Assembly: GCF_000940845.1 (NCBI RefSeq)
Contig: NZ_CP010341.1
Span: 870,001-902,000, forward strand
Source: Propionibacterium freudenreichii subsp. freudenreichii
GTDB taxonomy: Bacteria; Actinomycetota; Actinomycetes; Propionibacteriales; Propionibacteriaceae
DNA length: 32,000 nucleotides
Direction of reading: 5' to 3'
Translations under genes and position numbers: made by a program
Part shown: positions 17,556 through 27,044 of the stretch, one piece after another
Position numbering within the stretch: the stretch's first letter is position 1
Layout: every line of letters begins with the position of its first letter
The notes under the pieces: generated by a model
Told to the model about the DNA's origin: nothing
Seen by the model: the letters and a program-made list of their open reading frames with translations, nothing else
Databases searched by the model: none

Positions 17556-19592
17556 GTGAGTTCTTCGCTACCCCTCCAGTCCGAGTTCGAGCTTGCCGAC
17601 TTCGCCGCCCTGGCGCCCGGTGACTACGAGCAGATCGTGCATGACGCAATGGCCGCCGAACTGTCCGGCCTGCGCCTTGTCTCCGACAACCCCGAGCCGG
17701 CGACCGTCGCCAACACGATCGAGGCCTGGGAACGTGCGGAGCTCGCGCTGTCACGTGCCACGGCGGCGTTCTTCACGCTGCACGATGCCGACACCAGCCC
17801 GGAGCTGGATGCCGTGGCCGAGCGCCTGTCCAGCGAGCTGGCGGCCCACCACGACGCGATCATGCTCGATGCCGGGCTCTACGACCGGGTACGCGATCTG
17901 TCGCAGGCGGTGGAGGCCGGCGCCGAGCCGGGCGACGAACAGGTCACCTGGTGGCTCCACGAGCGCCTGCGCGATTTCCGACGCTCCGGCGTCGCCCTGT
18001 CGCCGGAGGACCAGGAACGGCTGCGCGTGCTCAACGCCCGCATCGCCAGGCTTGAATCACAGTTCGGCCAGCGCGTCGTGGCCGGCCGCAACGAGGCGGC
18101 CGTGCACATCACCGATCCTGCGGAACTCGCCGGGCTGAGCGAGGAACAGCGCACCGAGGCCGAACGCGCCGCCGGCGCCCGCGACCTGGACGGCTGGCTG
18201 CTCGAGCTGGTGAACACCACCGGCCAGGACTGGTTGGCCTCCCTGTCGCACCAGGAAGTGCGGCGCCGGGTCTTCGAGGCGTCCATGTCGCGGGGTGCCA
18301 CCGGCGGCAATGAGACCGGCAGCCTCGTGGTGCAGCTGGCCCGGGTGCGCGCCGACCGGGCCGCCCTGCTCGGCTACGCCAGCCACGCCGCCTATGTGGC
18401 CGATGGTGGCTGCGCGAAGACGGTGGACGCCATCCGCGGCCTGCTCGATCCCTTCTCGAAGCTGTCGGTACACCAGGCCAGCGAGGATTCGCTGCGCTTC
18501 CGCGAGATCTTCACCGACCTGGCCGTCGGCAAGGAATTCGGCCCCTGGGACTGGTCGTGGGTCGCATCGCGTGAGCGTGCCCGCGCGGAGCTCGACGACG
18601 AGGCCCTGCGTCCCTACCTGGAGTTCGAGCAGGTGCTCACCCGCGGGGTCTTCGAGGCTGCGCACCGCCTCTACGGCATCACCGTGGAGCGTCGGGAGGG
18701 ACTCACCGGGTACACCCCCGATGTGCGCGTCTACGAGGTGCACGAACAGGACGGCACCGTGCTGGGGCTGCTGCTCCTGGACCCCTGGGTACGCCCGAGC
18801 AAGCAGGGTGGGGCGTGGATGACCGACCTGGTGAACGCCAACTCACTCACCGGCGCGAAGCCCGTGGTCACGCTCAACACCAACATCACCCGTCCGCGCG
18901 CCGGGCAGCCCGCCCTGCTGAGCTGGGACCAGGTGATCACCTGCTTCCACGAGTTCGGCCACTGCCTCCACGGGTTGTTCGCTGACAGCCGCTATCCGTC
19001 GCTGGCGGGCACCAATACCCCGATCGACTACGTCGAATTCCCCAGCCAGGTCAACGAGCGCTGGGCCCGCGATCCCGAACTGCTCGCCCACTATGCGCGT
19101 CATTGGCGCACCGGTGAGCCCCTGCCCTCCGATCTCGTGGGGGCCCTGGTCAACACCGATCAGGGCAATGTCGGCTTCGACGACCTGGAGCTCGTCGCGG
19201 CGATGCAGCTCGACCAGGCCTGGCACAGCTCCTCGCCCGAGCAACTGCCCACCCAACCCGGACAGGTGGATGCCTTCGAGAACGAGGCCCTCGAGGAACG
19301 CCGCGTGGCCTTCGTGCTGGTGCCGCCGCGTTACCGGACGCGCTATTTCAGCCACATCTGGACCACCGGCTACGACGGCGCCTACTACGCCTACCTGTGG
19401 GCAGAGGTCTTCGATGCCGACGCCAGCGCCTGGTTCGACGAGCACGGCGGACTCGACCGCGCAGCGGGTGAGCGCTTCCGCCGCGAGGTGTTGGCCCCCG
19501 GTGGCTCCGTCGACGTGATGGCCGACTACCGCACCTTCCGCGGTGCCGACCCCGACGTGAAGTACCTGCTGGCCCGCCACACCCGCGGCTGA
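17556..19592 (+). CDS. dcp: M3-family zinc metallopeptidase, peptidyl-dipeptidase Dcp-like
   Basis: HEFGHCLHG (HEXXH) plus the downstream VEFPSQVNE Glu ligand context. 678 aa, close to Dcp size. GTG start. Confidence 0.88.
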   Translation: MSSSLPLQSEFELADFAALAPGDYEQIVHDAMAAELSGLRLVSDNPEPATVANTIEAWERAELALSRATAAFFTLHDADTSPELDAVAERLSSELAAHHDAIMLDAGLYDRVRDLSQAVEAGAEPGDEQVTWWLHERLRDFRRSGVALSPEDQERLRVLNARIARLESQFGQRVVAGRNEAAVHITDPAELAGLSEEQRTEAERAAGARDLDGWLLELVNTTGQDWLASLSHQEVRRRVFEASMSRGATGGNETGSLVVQLARVRADRAALLGYASHAAYVADGGCAKTVDAIRGLLDPFSKLSVHQASEDSLRFREIFTDLAVGKEFGPWDWSWVASRERARAELDDEALRPYLEFEQVLTRGVFEAAHRLYGITVERREGLTGYTPDVRVYEVHEQDGTVLGLLLLDPWVRPSKQGGAWMTDLVNANSLTGAKPVVTLNTNITRPRAGQPALLSWDQVITCFHEFGHCLHGLFADSRYPSLAGTNTPIDYVEFPSQVNERWARDPELLAHYARHWRTGEPLPSDLVGALVNTDQGNVGFDDLELVAAMQLDQAWHSSSPEQLPTQPGQVDAFENEALEERRVAFVLVPPRYRTRYFSHIWTTGYDGAYYAYLWAEVFDADASAWFDEHGGLDRAAGERFRREVLAPGGSVDVMADYRTFRGADPDVKYLLARHTRG

Positions 19593-19649
19593 CTCGGCGT
19601 CGTGGCTGCGCACCCCGGCGGCGCGACGAGCGGAAACGCAGGGGATAGA

Positions 19650-19696
19650 CAAGGGGGCCCGTGCCGTCAATGCGACGACACGGGCCCTTGTTGTTG
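19650..19696. terminator. Hairpin between convergent dcp and the FAD/Fe-S oxidase gene (probably bidirectional)
   Basis: gggcccgtg (19655-19663) pairs with cacgggccc (19679-19687). The stem is extended by caa/ttg across a GG bulge. ttgttg follows on the plus strand. Confidence 0.55.
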
Positions 19697-19712
19697 ATCG
19701 GATCTGGTCGAC

Positions 19713-22541
19713 CTACAGGTGCGCGGCGATCAATTCACCCAGCGTCAGCGCCTGACGCTGCCGCAGGTCGTTGATCTGCTTGCGGCAGCTGAAGCCGTCG
19801 GCCAGCAGGATGGCATCGGGACCGGCGGCGTCGATGGCCGGGAGCAGATCGTGCTCCGCAACCTTGATGCTCACCTCGTAATGGCCCTTCTCCACACCGA
19901 AGTTGCCGGCCAGCCCGCAGCAACCACCCAGGGTGACCACCTTGGCGCCGGTGCGTTCCAGCAGCTTCTGGTCGGCAGCCCAACCGAGCACCGACGACTG
20001 GTGGCAGTGCGGCTGGGCGACGATCGTGTGGCCCGACAGGTCCGGGGGATTCCATCCTTCGGTCTTGCCCAGCAGTTCGGCCAGGGTGTGGGTGGCATGT
20101 GCCACCTCCGCGACGCGTTCATCGCCCTCCAACAGCTCACCGGCGTCGGAGCGCCAGACGGCCATGCAGCTGGGCTCCATGCCAACGATGGGCGTGCCGG
20201 CCTTCGCGATCGGATAGAGCACATCGAGGGCCTTGCGCAGATGGGCCTTCGCGCCATCGAGCTGGCCGGTGGTGATCCAGGTGAGTCCGCAGCAGGCATC
20301 CTGTTCGATCATCCGGGGCGCATAGCCCGCCGAGATCAGGGTGGCCACCAGTCCGAGCAGCTGGTTGCCCTCGAAGGCGTCGGAGAAGGAGTCGGCCCAG
20401 ATGGCGACCGGCTTGCCCTGCGGCTCGCGACGCGCGATCTCGCGGGCGGCATCCTTGCGGGCCGAGGCGCCCTTGCGGAACTTCGGCATCGGGCGACGCT
20501 GGTCGACCCCCGCCATCGCCCGCACCACGTGGCGCAGTCCCGGCGTCTGGGTGAACAGATTGCCCAGTGCCCCCACATGCAGCTTGGTGACCAGGCGTCC
20601 CCAGGTGGGCAGGTGGCCCATGGCGTAGTGCGACATCGGGCGCAGGTGGTGCTTGAACTTCTCGTACAGCACCCGCGACTTGTAGGCGGCCATGTCAATG
20701 CCGGTGGGGCACTCCCGACGGCAGCCCTTGCAGGCCAGGCAGAAGTCCAGTGCCTCGGCCACCTCGGGGGCGCGCCAACCGCCTGTGATGAGCCGGCCGT
20801 TGATCATCTCCTGCAGCACATGGGAGCGTCCGCGCGTGGAGTCGCGCTCGTTGCCGGTGGCCTGGTAGCTCGGGCACATCACGCCGCCGGCCTTGGTCGA
20901 ATTGGCCAGGCACTTGCCCACGCCGGTGCACTGGTGCACGTGGCGGGTGAACAGCGGATCGGACAGTCGCAGGGGCGCGTTGATGGTTTCGGCCACCCGC
21001 ACGTCCACGTCGGTGGGGCGCGGGTCGACGATGACGCCGGGGTTGAGCAGGTTCTTCGGGTCGAACAGGTTCTTCACCTGGCCGAACAGCTTGATCATGT
21101 CGCCGGAGTACATGAGCGGCAGGAGCTCGCTGCGCGCCCGGCCGTCGCCGTGCTCACCCGACATGGAGCCGCCATGGCTGGCCACCAGCTTGCCGGCGGC
21201 GATCATGAAGTCGTGGTAGCGGTCGGTGCCACCGGGCTGGTCGAAGGGGAAGTCGATGCGACAGTGCAGGCAGCCATCGCCGAAGTGGCCGTAGGGCAGG
21301 CCGTGCAGGTTGTGCTCCTCGAGCAGCTTCTCGAAATCGGCCAGGTAGGAACCCAACTGGGCCGGCGGAACCGCCGAATCCTCCCAGCCGGCATAGGCCG
21401 GATTCTTCAGGGCGACGCCGGCCAGTCCGGCGGCATCGGAGCGGATGCCCCACAGCCGCTGGGCCTGGGCGGGATCGTCGATCACCCACCCCTCGAGGCA
21501 ATCGCTCTCGCGGGTGAGGCGCTGCGCCTTGTCGGCCAACTCGGCCGGGTCATCGCCGACCATCTCCACGAACGCCCAGCCCTCGCCGCGGGGCAGCGGA
21601 GGCACCGCCGAGGGGCCCAGTCGGGTGGCCACCAGGTCCGCGAGGCGGCTGTCCATGCCCTCGACGGCGGTGGGCTTGAACTCCAGGATCTTGGGGGTGT
21701 CCGCGCCGGCATCCACCATCGTCGGATAGCCCAGGGCGACCATGATCTTGTGCGGGGCATCGGCGACCAGGCGCACGGTTGCCTGCGTCATGATGGCCAG
21801 GGTGCCTTCGGTGCCCGACAGGAACCGGGCGACATCGCGGCCGTTCTCGGGCAGCAGGTGCTCCATGGAGTAGCCCGACACCTGACGGGTGAAGCGGCCA
21901 CATTCGGTGCGGATCATGCCCAGGTTCGATTCCACGATCTCATTGAGCCGGGGGAAATCATTGGACTCGCCGGGCCCGACCCTCAGCTCCTGTCCGGCAC
22001 CGGTGATCACGTCCAGCGAGATCGTGTTGTCGGCGCTGCGCCCATAGCCCAGTGCGCGCGGACCGCAGGCGTTGTTGCCGATCATGCCGCCGATGGTGCA
22101 GCGGCTGCTGGTGGAGGGGTCGGGGCCGAAGCGCAGCCCGAAGGGGCGCACCGCCTGCTGCAGCACGTCCTGCACCACGCCGGGCTGGACCGTTGCCGTG
22201 CGGGCATCGGGATCGATCGACAGGATCTTGTTCAGGTGGCGGCGCATGTCGACGACGATGCCGTTGCCCACGGCATTGCCGGCACAGCTGGTGCCTGCGC
22301 CACGGCCGGTGATGGGCAGGCCCACCGCCAGGGCGGCCTGCACCACATGGCGCAGCTGGTCGGTGTCGGCCGGGGTCGCCACGACCGTCGGCACCACGCG
22401 GTAGACCGACGCGTCGGTCGAATAGAGGGCCCGGGTCAGTGTGGAGGTGTCAAGGCAGTCATCACTGCCCAACTCACGGCGCAGCGCGTCGACGCGGTCA
22501 GACAGCTCGTTAACGGGGATGGACTGGACTGATGCACTCAC
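19713..22541 (-). CDS. Fused FAD-linked oxidase / 4Fe-4S / CCG-domain oxidoreductase (YdiJ / GlcD-GlcF fusion-like 2-hydroxyacid dehydrogenase)
   Basis: N-terminal FAD-binding PCMH region (GRGAGTSCAGNAVG). Ferredoxin-type Cys clusters (CTGVGKC...MCPS and CLACKGCRRECP). Two CCG motifs (DACCGLTW and LGGCCGLAGNFG). 942 aa, GTG start. Confidence 0.85.
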   Translation of the reverse strand: MSASVQSIPVNELSDRVDALRRELGSDDCLDTSTLTRALYSTDASVYRVVPTVVATPADTDQLRHVVQAALAVGLPITGRGAGTSCAGNAVGNGIVVDMRRHLNKILSIDPDARTATVQPGVVQDVLQQAVRPFGLRFGPDPSTSSRCTIGGMIGNNACGPRALGYGRSADNTISLDVITGAGQELRVGPGESNDFPRLNEIVESNLGMIRTECGRFTRQVSGYSMEHLLPENGRDVARFLSGTEGTLAIMTQATVRLVADAPHKIMVALGYPTMVDAGADTPKILEFKPTAVEGMDSRLADLVATRLGPSAVPPLPRGEGWAFVEMVGDDPAELADKAQRLTRESDCLEGWVIDDPAQAQRLWGIRSDAAGLAGVALKNPAYAGWEDSAVPPAQLGSYLADFEKLLEEHNLHGLPYGHFGDGCLHCRIDFPFDQPGGTDRYHDFMIAAGKLVASHGGSMSGEHGDGRARSELLPLMYSGDMIKLFGQVKNLFDPKNLLNPGVIVDPRPTDVDVRVAETINAPLRLSDPLFTRHVHQCTGVGKCLANSTKAGGVMCPSYQATGNERDSTRGRSHVLQEMINGRLITGGWRAPEVAEALDFCLACKGCRRECPTGIDMAAYKSRVLYEKFKHHLRPMSHYAMGHLPTWGRLVTKLHVGALGNLFTQTPGLRHVVRAMAGVDQRRPMPKFRKGASARKDAAREIARREPQGKPVAIWADSFSDAFEGNQLLGLVATLISAGYAPRMIEQDACCGLTWITTGQLDGAKAHLRKALDVLYPIAKAGTPIVGMEPSCMAVWRSDAGELLEGDERVAEVAHATHTLAELLGKTEGWNPPDLSGHTIVAQPHCHQSSVLGWAADQKLLERTGAKVVTLGGCCGLAGNFGVEKGHYEVSIKVAEHDLLPAIDAAGPDAILLADGFSCRKQINDLRQRQALTLGELIAAHL

Positions 22542-22546
22542 GCGCC

Positions 22547-23005
22547 TCAGTCTGCCACTTCGAGCACCGCCCCCATGACGCGTCCGAGCGCCCGCAGATC
22601 GTCGGGCGTGGCCACGTCGATGAGGATGTCGCGCACCGAACGCACGTGCGTGGGGGCCGCCTCGACGAGCAGCGCCATGCCCTCGTCGGTGAGGCTGGCG
22701 ACTACGCCACGGCGGTCGTCATTGGCACGTTCGCGGCGCAGCAGGCCCTGATTCTCCATCCGCTTGGCGGTGTGGGTGAGGCGTGAGCGCGACTGGTAGA
22801 CGCGTTGCGCCAGGTCGGACATGCGCAGACTGTGGTTGTCGGACTCCGACAGGGTCACGAGGATCTCGTACTCATTCAGGTCGAGGCCGAATTCTGCGAG
22901 CGCGAGGTTCAGGTGGCTGTCGATGCGTGCGACACCGGCCAGGCAGCTGCGCCAGATCCGCTGCTGGTCGGCGGTGAGCCATGGGGGGTTGGTGGCACCG
23001 GACAT
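22547..23005 (-). CDS. MarR-family transcriptional regulator
   Basis: Winged-helix core LSESDNHSLRMSDLAQRV...LTHTAKRMENQGLLRRERANDDRRGVVASLTDEG. 152 aa. Its stop lies 5 nt upstream of the oxidase start, so the two are a likely operon. Confidence 0.88.
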   Translation of the reverse strand: MSGATNPPWLTADQQRIWRSCLAGVARIDSHLNLALAEFGLDLNEYEILVTLSESDNHSLRMSDLAQRVYQSRSRLTHTAKRMENQGLLRRERANDDRRGVVASLTDEGMALLVEAAPTHVRSVRDILIDVATPDDLRALGRVMGAVLEVAD

Positions 23006-23170
23006 GGGAGCAGTCTAAGGGAGCCCGGCGGGGATCGTGGCCGTATCGTCGCGCGTTCACGCAGGGGTGAGCCAGTGACCACGAGCGGCGCGGGCCACGT
23101 CGGCACTGGTGCGGCTCCCCTGATGCGCCGATAGGATCAAGGGGTCTGTCGGGCCTCGAAAGGTGAAGTG

Positions 23171-25060
23171 ATGAACAGCGTTCGCGAGGAGATCCTCAGC
23201 GCCTGCCCACCCAGCTATCCGGCTTCCTTCCGTGCACGGGTGGCCCGGGCCCCCCATGCGGTGGCCTACCGGGTGCCGCAGCACCAGGAGCCGGAGGTCT
23301 GGAAGGACCTCACCTGGTCGCAGGTTGCCGACGAGGTCGACCAGATCGCCGCAGGCTTCATTGCGCTGGGCGTACAGCCCGAGCAGCGGGTGGCGATCGC
23401 CGCGATGACCAGGATCGAATGGGTGCTGGCCGACCTGGGCATCGCCTGCGCCGCCGCGGCCACGACGACCGTCTACCCGAACAGCCAGCCCGATGACGAG
23501 CTGTTCATCCTGCAGGACTCCGAATCGGTCATCGTGGTGGCCGAGAACTGGAAGCAACTCCAGAAGGTGGTTGACCAGTCAGAGCTCAATGCGCAGGTAC
23601 ACCACATCGTGCTGTTTGACGATGATCGCCCCATCGACCGGGCCGACGCCGGCGGCGATCGGGTGGTCACCTGGGATGCGCTCCACGCGCTCGGCCGTGA
23701 CTACCTGGCGGCCCATCCCACGGCGCTCGACGAGCGGCTCGATCTCATGGAACCCGAGACCCTGGCCACCCTGGTGTACACCTCGGGCACGACAGGTCGG
23801 CCCAAGGGCGTCCGCATCCCGCACAGGGCGTGGACCTATCAGGGCGAGGCCATGCACCACATGTGGCGCGGCATCATCGACGACCGCGACGTGGTCTACC
23901 TGTGGCTGCCCCTGTCTCATGTCTATGGACGCGACCTGCTGGCCGCCCAGATGGCCATCGGCTTCATCATGCCGGTGGACGGGCGCATCGACCGCATCGT
24001 GGAGGGGATGGGGGAGACCCATCCCACGATCATGGTCGGAGTGCCGCGCATCTACGAGAAGATCCGGTCGGCGGTGATCACCCAGAGCCCGGCGAACGGC
24101 ATCCAGGGTCGCATTGCGCGCTGGGCCTTCGCGGTGGGCCGCGAATCGCGTCCCTACCGGTTGGCCGGCAAGCACCTGCCCTGGCCCGCGCGGCTGCGTT
24201 ACGCCGTGGCCGACAGACTGGTGTTCAGCAAGCTGCGCGACACCCTGGGCGGATCGATCCGCTTCATGATCTCGGGATCCGCCAAGTTGTCCACCCAGGT
24301 GCAGACCTGGTTCTACTCGGCCGGCCTGCTGGTGCTCGAGGGCTATGGGCTCACCGAGACCGCGGCCATCGCGGCGGTGAACCTGCCCGACAAGCCGAAG
24401 TTCGGCACGGTCGGCCCGGTCACGCCCGGCATCGACGCCCAGATCGCCGCCGACGGCGAGTTGCTGCTCAGCGGCCCCATCGTGGCGGATGGTTACTATC
24501 ACCTGCCGAAGGAAACCGCCGAGGCCTTCGAGGATGGTTGGTTCCACACCGGCGATATCGGCCACTTCGATGAGGACGGCTATCTGACGATCACCGATCG
24601 CAAGAAGGACCTCATGAAGACCTCCAACGGCAAGTACGTCGCGCCGCAGAAGGTGGAGGCGGCCCTGCTGGCCAATGTGCCCTACATCTCGCAGACCGTC
24701 GCGGTGGCCGACGGTCATCCCTATGTGATCGCCCTGGTGACGATGGATCACGACCAGCTGATGCGCTGGGGCAAGAACCATGGCCATCCCAACGATGACT
24801 ATGCGACGCTGAGCCAGCTTCCCGAGATCCGCGAGTCGATCGACAAGTTCGTGCGCAAGGCGAATGAGCGGCTCCACCGTTGGGAGACCGTCAAGCGCTA
24901 TGCGATCCTCGACCACGAGTTCGCTCAGGACACCGGCGAGCTGACGCCGAGCATGAAGGTGAAGCGTCCGGTGGTGCTGGCGCGCTACGAGAAGACGATC
25001 GACGACCTGTACGAGCAGACCACGGTGTCCGACCTGACGCCCTTCACCGGCGGTAAGTAG
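23171..25060 (+). CDS. fadD: Long-chain fatty acid-CoA ligase (AMP-forming, FadD15-like)
   Basis: YTSGTTGRPKGV AMP-binding motif, GYGLTE, WFHTGDIG and KVKR near the C-terminus. I prefer the ATG at 23171 (AAAGG about 7 nt upstream); the GTG at 23168 is also possible. Confidence 0.88.
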   Translation: MNSVREEILSACPPSYPASFRARVARAPHAVAYRVPQHQEPEVWKDLTWSQVADEVDQIAAGFIALGVQPEQRVAIAAMTRIEWVLADLGIACAAAATTTVYPNSQPDDELFILQDSESVIVVAENWKQLQKVVDQSELNAQVHHIVLFDDDRPIDRADAGGDRVVTWDALHALGRDYLAAHPTALDERLDLMEPETLATLVYTSGTTGRPKGVRIPHRAWTYQGEAMHHMWRGIIDDRDVVYLWLPLSHVYGRDLLAAQMAIGFIMPVDGRIDRIVEGMGETHPTIMVGVPRIYEKIRSAVITQSPANGIQGRIARWAFAVGRESRPYRLAGKHLPWPARLRYAVADRLVFSKLRDTLGGSIRFMISGSAKLSTQVQTWFYSAGLLVLEGYGLTETAAIAAVNLPDKPKFGTVGPVTPGIDAQIAADGELLLSGPIVADGYYHLPKETAEAFEDGWFHTGDIGHFDEDGYLTITDRKKDLMKTSNGKYVAPQKVEAALLANVPYISQTVAVADGHPYVIALVTMDHDQLMRWGKNHGHPNDDYATLSQLPEIRESIDKFVRKANERLHRWETVKRYAILDHEFAQDTGELTPSMKVKRPVVLARYEKTIDDLYEQTTVSDLTPFTGGK

Positions 25061-25065
25061 CGTCC

Positions 25066-25947
25066 ATGGCCTCCTTCCACGCCACGATCCCGCTGCGCTG
25101 GTCCGACCTGGATCCGCAGGGCCATGTGAACAATGTGGTCGTGCTCGACCTGGCGCAGGAGGCCCGGGCGCGCTTCATGGCCGGCGGCTCGCATCCCGAG
25201 CTGCTGCTGCACGGCAGCGTGGTGGTCAAGCAGCGCTCGGAGTTCCTGCGGCCGATGATGCTGGACGGCGGTCCGGTTGAGGTCGAATTGAGCACCACCA
25301 GCATCGGTGCCGCCCGGTTCATCATGAGCTACCGGATGGTGCAGCGCGGCGAATTGTGCGTGCGGGCGGCCACCTCCATGTGCCCCTTCGACTTCCCGCA
25401 CCAGCGGGTGCGCAAGCTCACCGCCGGCGAGCGGGACGCCCTGGCCACCATCTCGGCCCCCGATGAGCCCTGGAGCCCACTGCCCGCGATGAGGCTCGAC
25501 GAGCATGCCGTGGAGACGGCGTTCCAACCGCGGTGGAGCGACCAGGACCGCTACGGGCACGTCAACAATGTGCGCACGCTCGACTGGCTGCAGGAGGCAC
25601 GCGTCGAGGCCACGACGGCAATGGCCCCCCAGATGGCCCGGGCGGGCATGGTCGATGCGGCCCAGCGGCTGCCGGGCAGTTGGGTGGTCGCGCGCCAGGA
25701 CACCGAATACCGCCATCAGCTGCGGTGGCAGTCCTCGCCCTATCTCATGCGGACCGGGGTGCTGCGCGTGGGGGCGAGCTCGACGACCTTGGGCTGCGCC
25801 ATCATCGATCCCGACGACCGCACCGCCCATGTGCGGGCCCGCACCGTGCTGGTGCATGCCGGGGCGAACGGACGCCCCGAGCCCCTACCTGCGGACGTGC
25901 GCGAGCAGCTGAGGTCATATCTGCCGACCCCGGGGGACGGCGCCTAG
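25066..25947 (+). CDS. Tandem (double) hotdog-fold acyl-CoA thioesterase, 4HBT/YbgC-like
   Basis: Two internal repeats each begin with the catalytic-Asp context, LRWSDLDPQGHVNN and PRWSDQDRYGHVNN. The gene starts 5 nt after the fadD stop. Confidence 0.75.
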   Translation: MASFHATIPLRWSDLDPQGHVNNVVVLDLAQEARARFMAGGSHPELLLHGSVVVKQRSEFLRPMMLDGGPVEVELSTTSIGAARFIMSYRMVQRGELCVRAATSMCPFDFPHQRVRKLTAGERDALATISAPDEPWSPLPAMRLDEHAVETAFQPRWSDQDRYGHVNNVRTLDWLQEARVEATTAMAPQMARAGMVDAAQRLPGSWVVARQDTEYRHQLRWQSSPYLMRTGVLRVGASSTTLGCAIIDPDDRTAHVRARTVLVHAGANGRPEPLPADVREQLRSYLPTPGDGA

Positions 25948-26033
25948 GTCGAACGCCGGACCGTGCACAGGGGCAGGGTCCCAGCCCGTCGGCCGCGTGC
26001 CCCGGGCCCTGTTCGACACGATCGTGAGTCGGG

Positions 26034-26071
26034 AAGGGCGGGCAACCACCACATGGTGATTGCCCGCCCTT
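26034..26071. terminator. Hairpin between the convergent thioesterase and pdxK/thiD-like genes
   Basis: Perfect 12-bp stem: aagggcgggcaa (26034-26045) pairs with ttgcccgccctt (26060-26071). Inner pairing extends it further. gcctgttgt follows. Confidence 0.55.
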
Positions 26072-26093
26072 GCCTGTTGTCAGTTGCCAGTGG

Positions 26094-26915
26094 TCAGTTG
26101 GTGGCCAGCGCCGGCTCGCGGTAGTAGCCCTGGAACACGCAATCGAACGGCGCATTGCCGTGCATGCGGTGTTCGATGGACGACACGACCACCTGCTTGG
26201 CCGTGCGGGCGGCATCCAGCGGGGTGGCACCCTTGGCGATCTCGGCGGTCACGGCGGCGGCGAGTGTGCAGCCGGCCCCGGAAACCCTCTCCTCGCCGAT
26301 CGCGGGCACCTCGAGCACCTCGAGCGTGGAGCCGTCATAGAACACGTCCAGCGCGGTGCCGGTGTCAAACAAGGTGCCGGCCTTGGCCAGCACATTCGGT
26401 ACGCCCTGGTCGTGGATGCGCTTGGCAGCATCCTTCAGCTGCGAGACATTGGTGATCTCGTCCATGCCCGACAGGATCTGGGTCTCGAACAGGTTGGGCG
26501 TCGTCATCGTCGCGAAGGGCATGACCTGGGCGCGCAGCGCATTGTCGGTGTCGAGCGCGGCGCCGGCCTCCTGGCCCTTGCAGATGAGTACGGGGTCGAC
26601 GATCACCTGGTCGAAGTCATATTCCTTGAGCGCCTCGGCCACCACGTTGATCGTCGTGGGGGTGCCCAGCATGCCGATCTTCACGGCGTCGATGTGCCCG
26701 TGCACGGCCACGGCGGCCTCGATCTGGTCATGGATCACCTGGGGGTCCACCGGCACGAAGCGGTGTCCCCAGTCGTTGTTCGGATCGAACGAGACGATAC
26801 AGGTCAGCGAGGTGGCGCCGAAGACGCCGAGCTGCTCGAAGGTCTTGATGTCAGTCTGGGCGCCGGCTCCGCCGGAGGCCTCGGACCCTGCAATGGCGAG
26901 TGCAATCTTGGTCAC
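26094..26915 (-). CDS. Pyridoxal/pyridoxine kinase or HMP(-P) kinase of the ThiD/PdxK ribokinase-like family
   Basis: ALAIAGSEASGGAGAQTDIKTF, the DPV..CKG context and a C-terminal GAGCTLAAAVTAEIAKG anion hole. From memory it is collinear with Bacillus subtilis PdxK (ThiD paralogue). GTG start. Confidence 0.85.
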   Translation of the reverse strand: MTKIALAIAGSEASGGAGAQTDIKTFEQLGVFGATSLTCIVSFDPNNDWGHRFVPVDPQVIHDQIEAAVAVHGHIDAVKIGMLGTPTTINVVAEALKEYDFDQVIVDPVLICKGQEAGAALDTDNALRAQVMPFATMTTPNLFETQILSGMDEITNVSQLKDAAKRIHDQGVPNVLAKAGTLFDTGTALDVFYDGSTLEVLEVPAIGEERVSGAGCTLAAAVTAEIAKGATPLDAARTAKQVVVSSIEHRMHGNAPFDCVFQGYYREPALATN

Positions 26916-26975
26916 ACAGCAAGTTGTACCCGATGGGTGGAAATCATGCCGTGCATCTCGCCGACCGGATGAGGT

Positions 26976-27019
26976 GATCGCCCACCCGCCGCAGGGGGTG
27001 TGGTGGCGGGTGGGCGATC
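26976..27019 (-). terminator. GC-rich hairpin downstream of gnd
   Basis: Perfect 15-bp stem: gatcgcccacccgcc (26976-26990) pairs with ggcgggtgggcgatc (27005-27019), with a 14-nt loop. It lies 25 nt after the gnd stop. There is no U-tract. Confidence 0.55.
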
Positions 27020-27044
27020 CCGGAATGCTCGGTCGACTGGGTGC

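Noticed and set aside
15997-17559. 520-aa plus-strand ORF
   Set aside because: It is antisense to the GalT-like gene and overlaps the dhaM end. The composition is Gly/Arg/Val/His-rich and no motifs are present.
17500-17754. 85-codon N-terminal extension of the GalT-like ORF
   Set aside because: It is Arg/Pro-rich and low-complexity, and it overlaps the divergent dcp start. The conserved-looking sequence starts at MPTLGL (17499).
19719-22532. 937-aa ORF on the plus strand
   Set aside because: It lies exactly antisense to the 942-aa FAD/Fe-S oxidase gene. Its translation is low-complexity (Gly/Ala/Arg/His/Val-rich) with no motif, while the minus-strand frame carries FAD, 4Fe-4S and CCG motifs. 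This is a typical shadow ORF of a high-GC gene.
23579-25857. 445-aa and 290-aa minus-strand ORFs (23579-24916 and 24985-25857)
   Set aside because: They are antisense shadows of fadD and the thioesterase gene.
26070-26972. 300-aa plus-strand ORF
   Set aside because: It is antisense to the pdxK/thiD-like gene and spans the terminator hairpin.
26916-27044. TPP or PLP-type riboswitch upstream of the pdxK/thiD-like gene
   Set aside because: The spacer is mostly occupied by the gnd terminator hairpin. I found no THI-box-like CUGAGA or ACCUGAUCUGGAUAAUGC-type elements on the minus strand.
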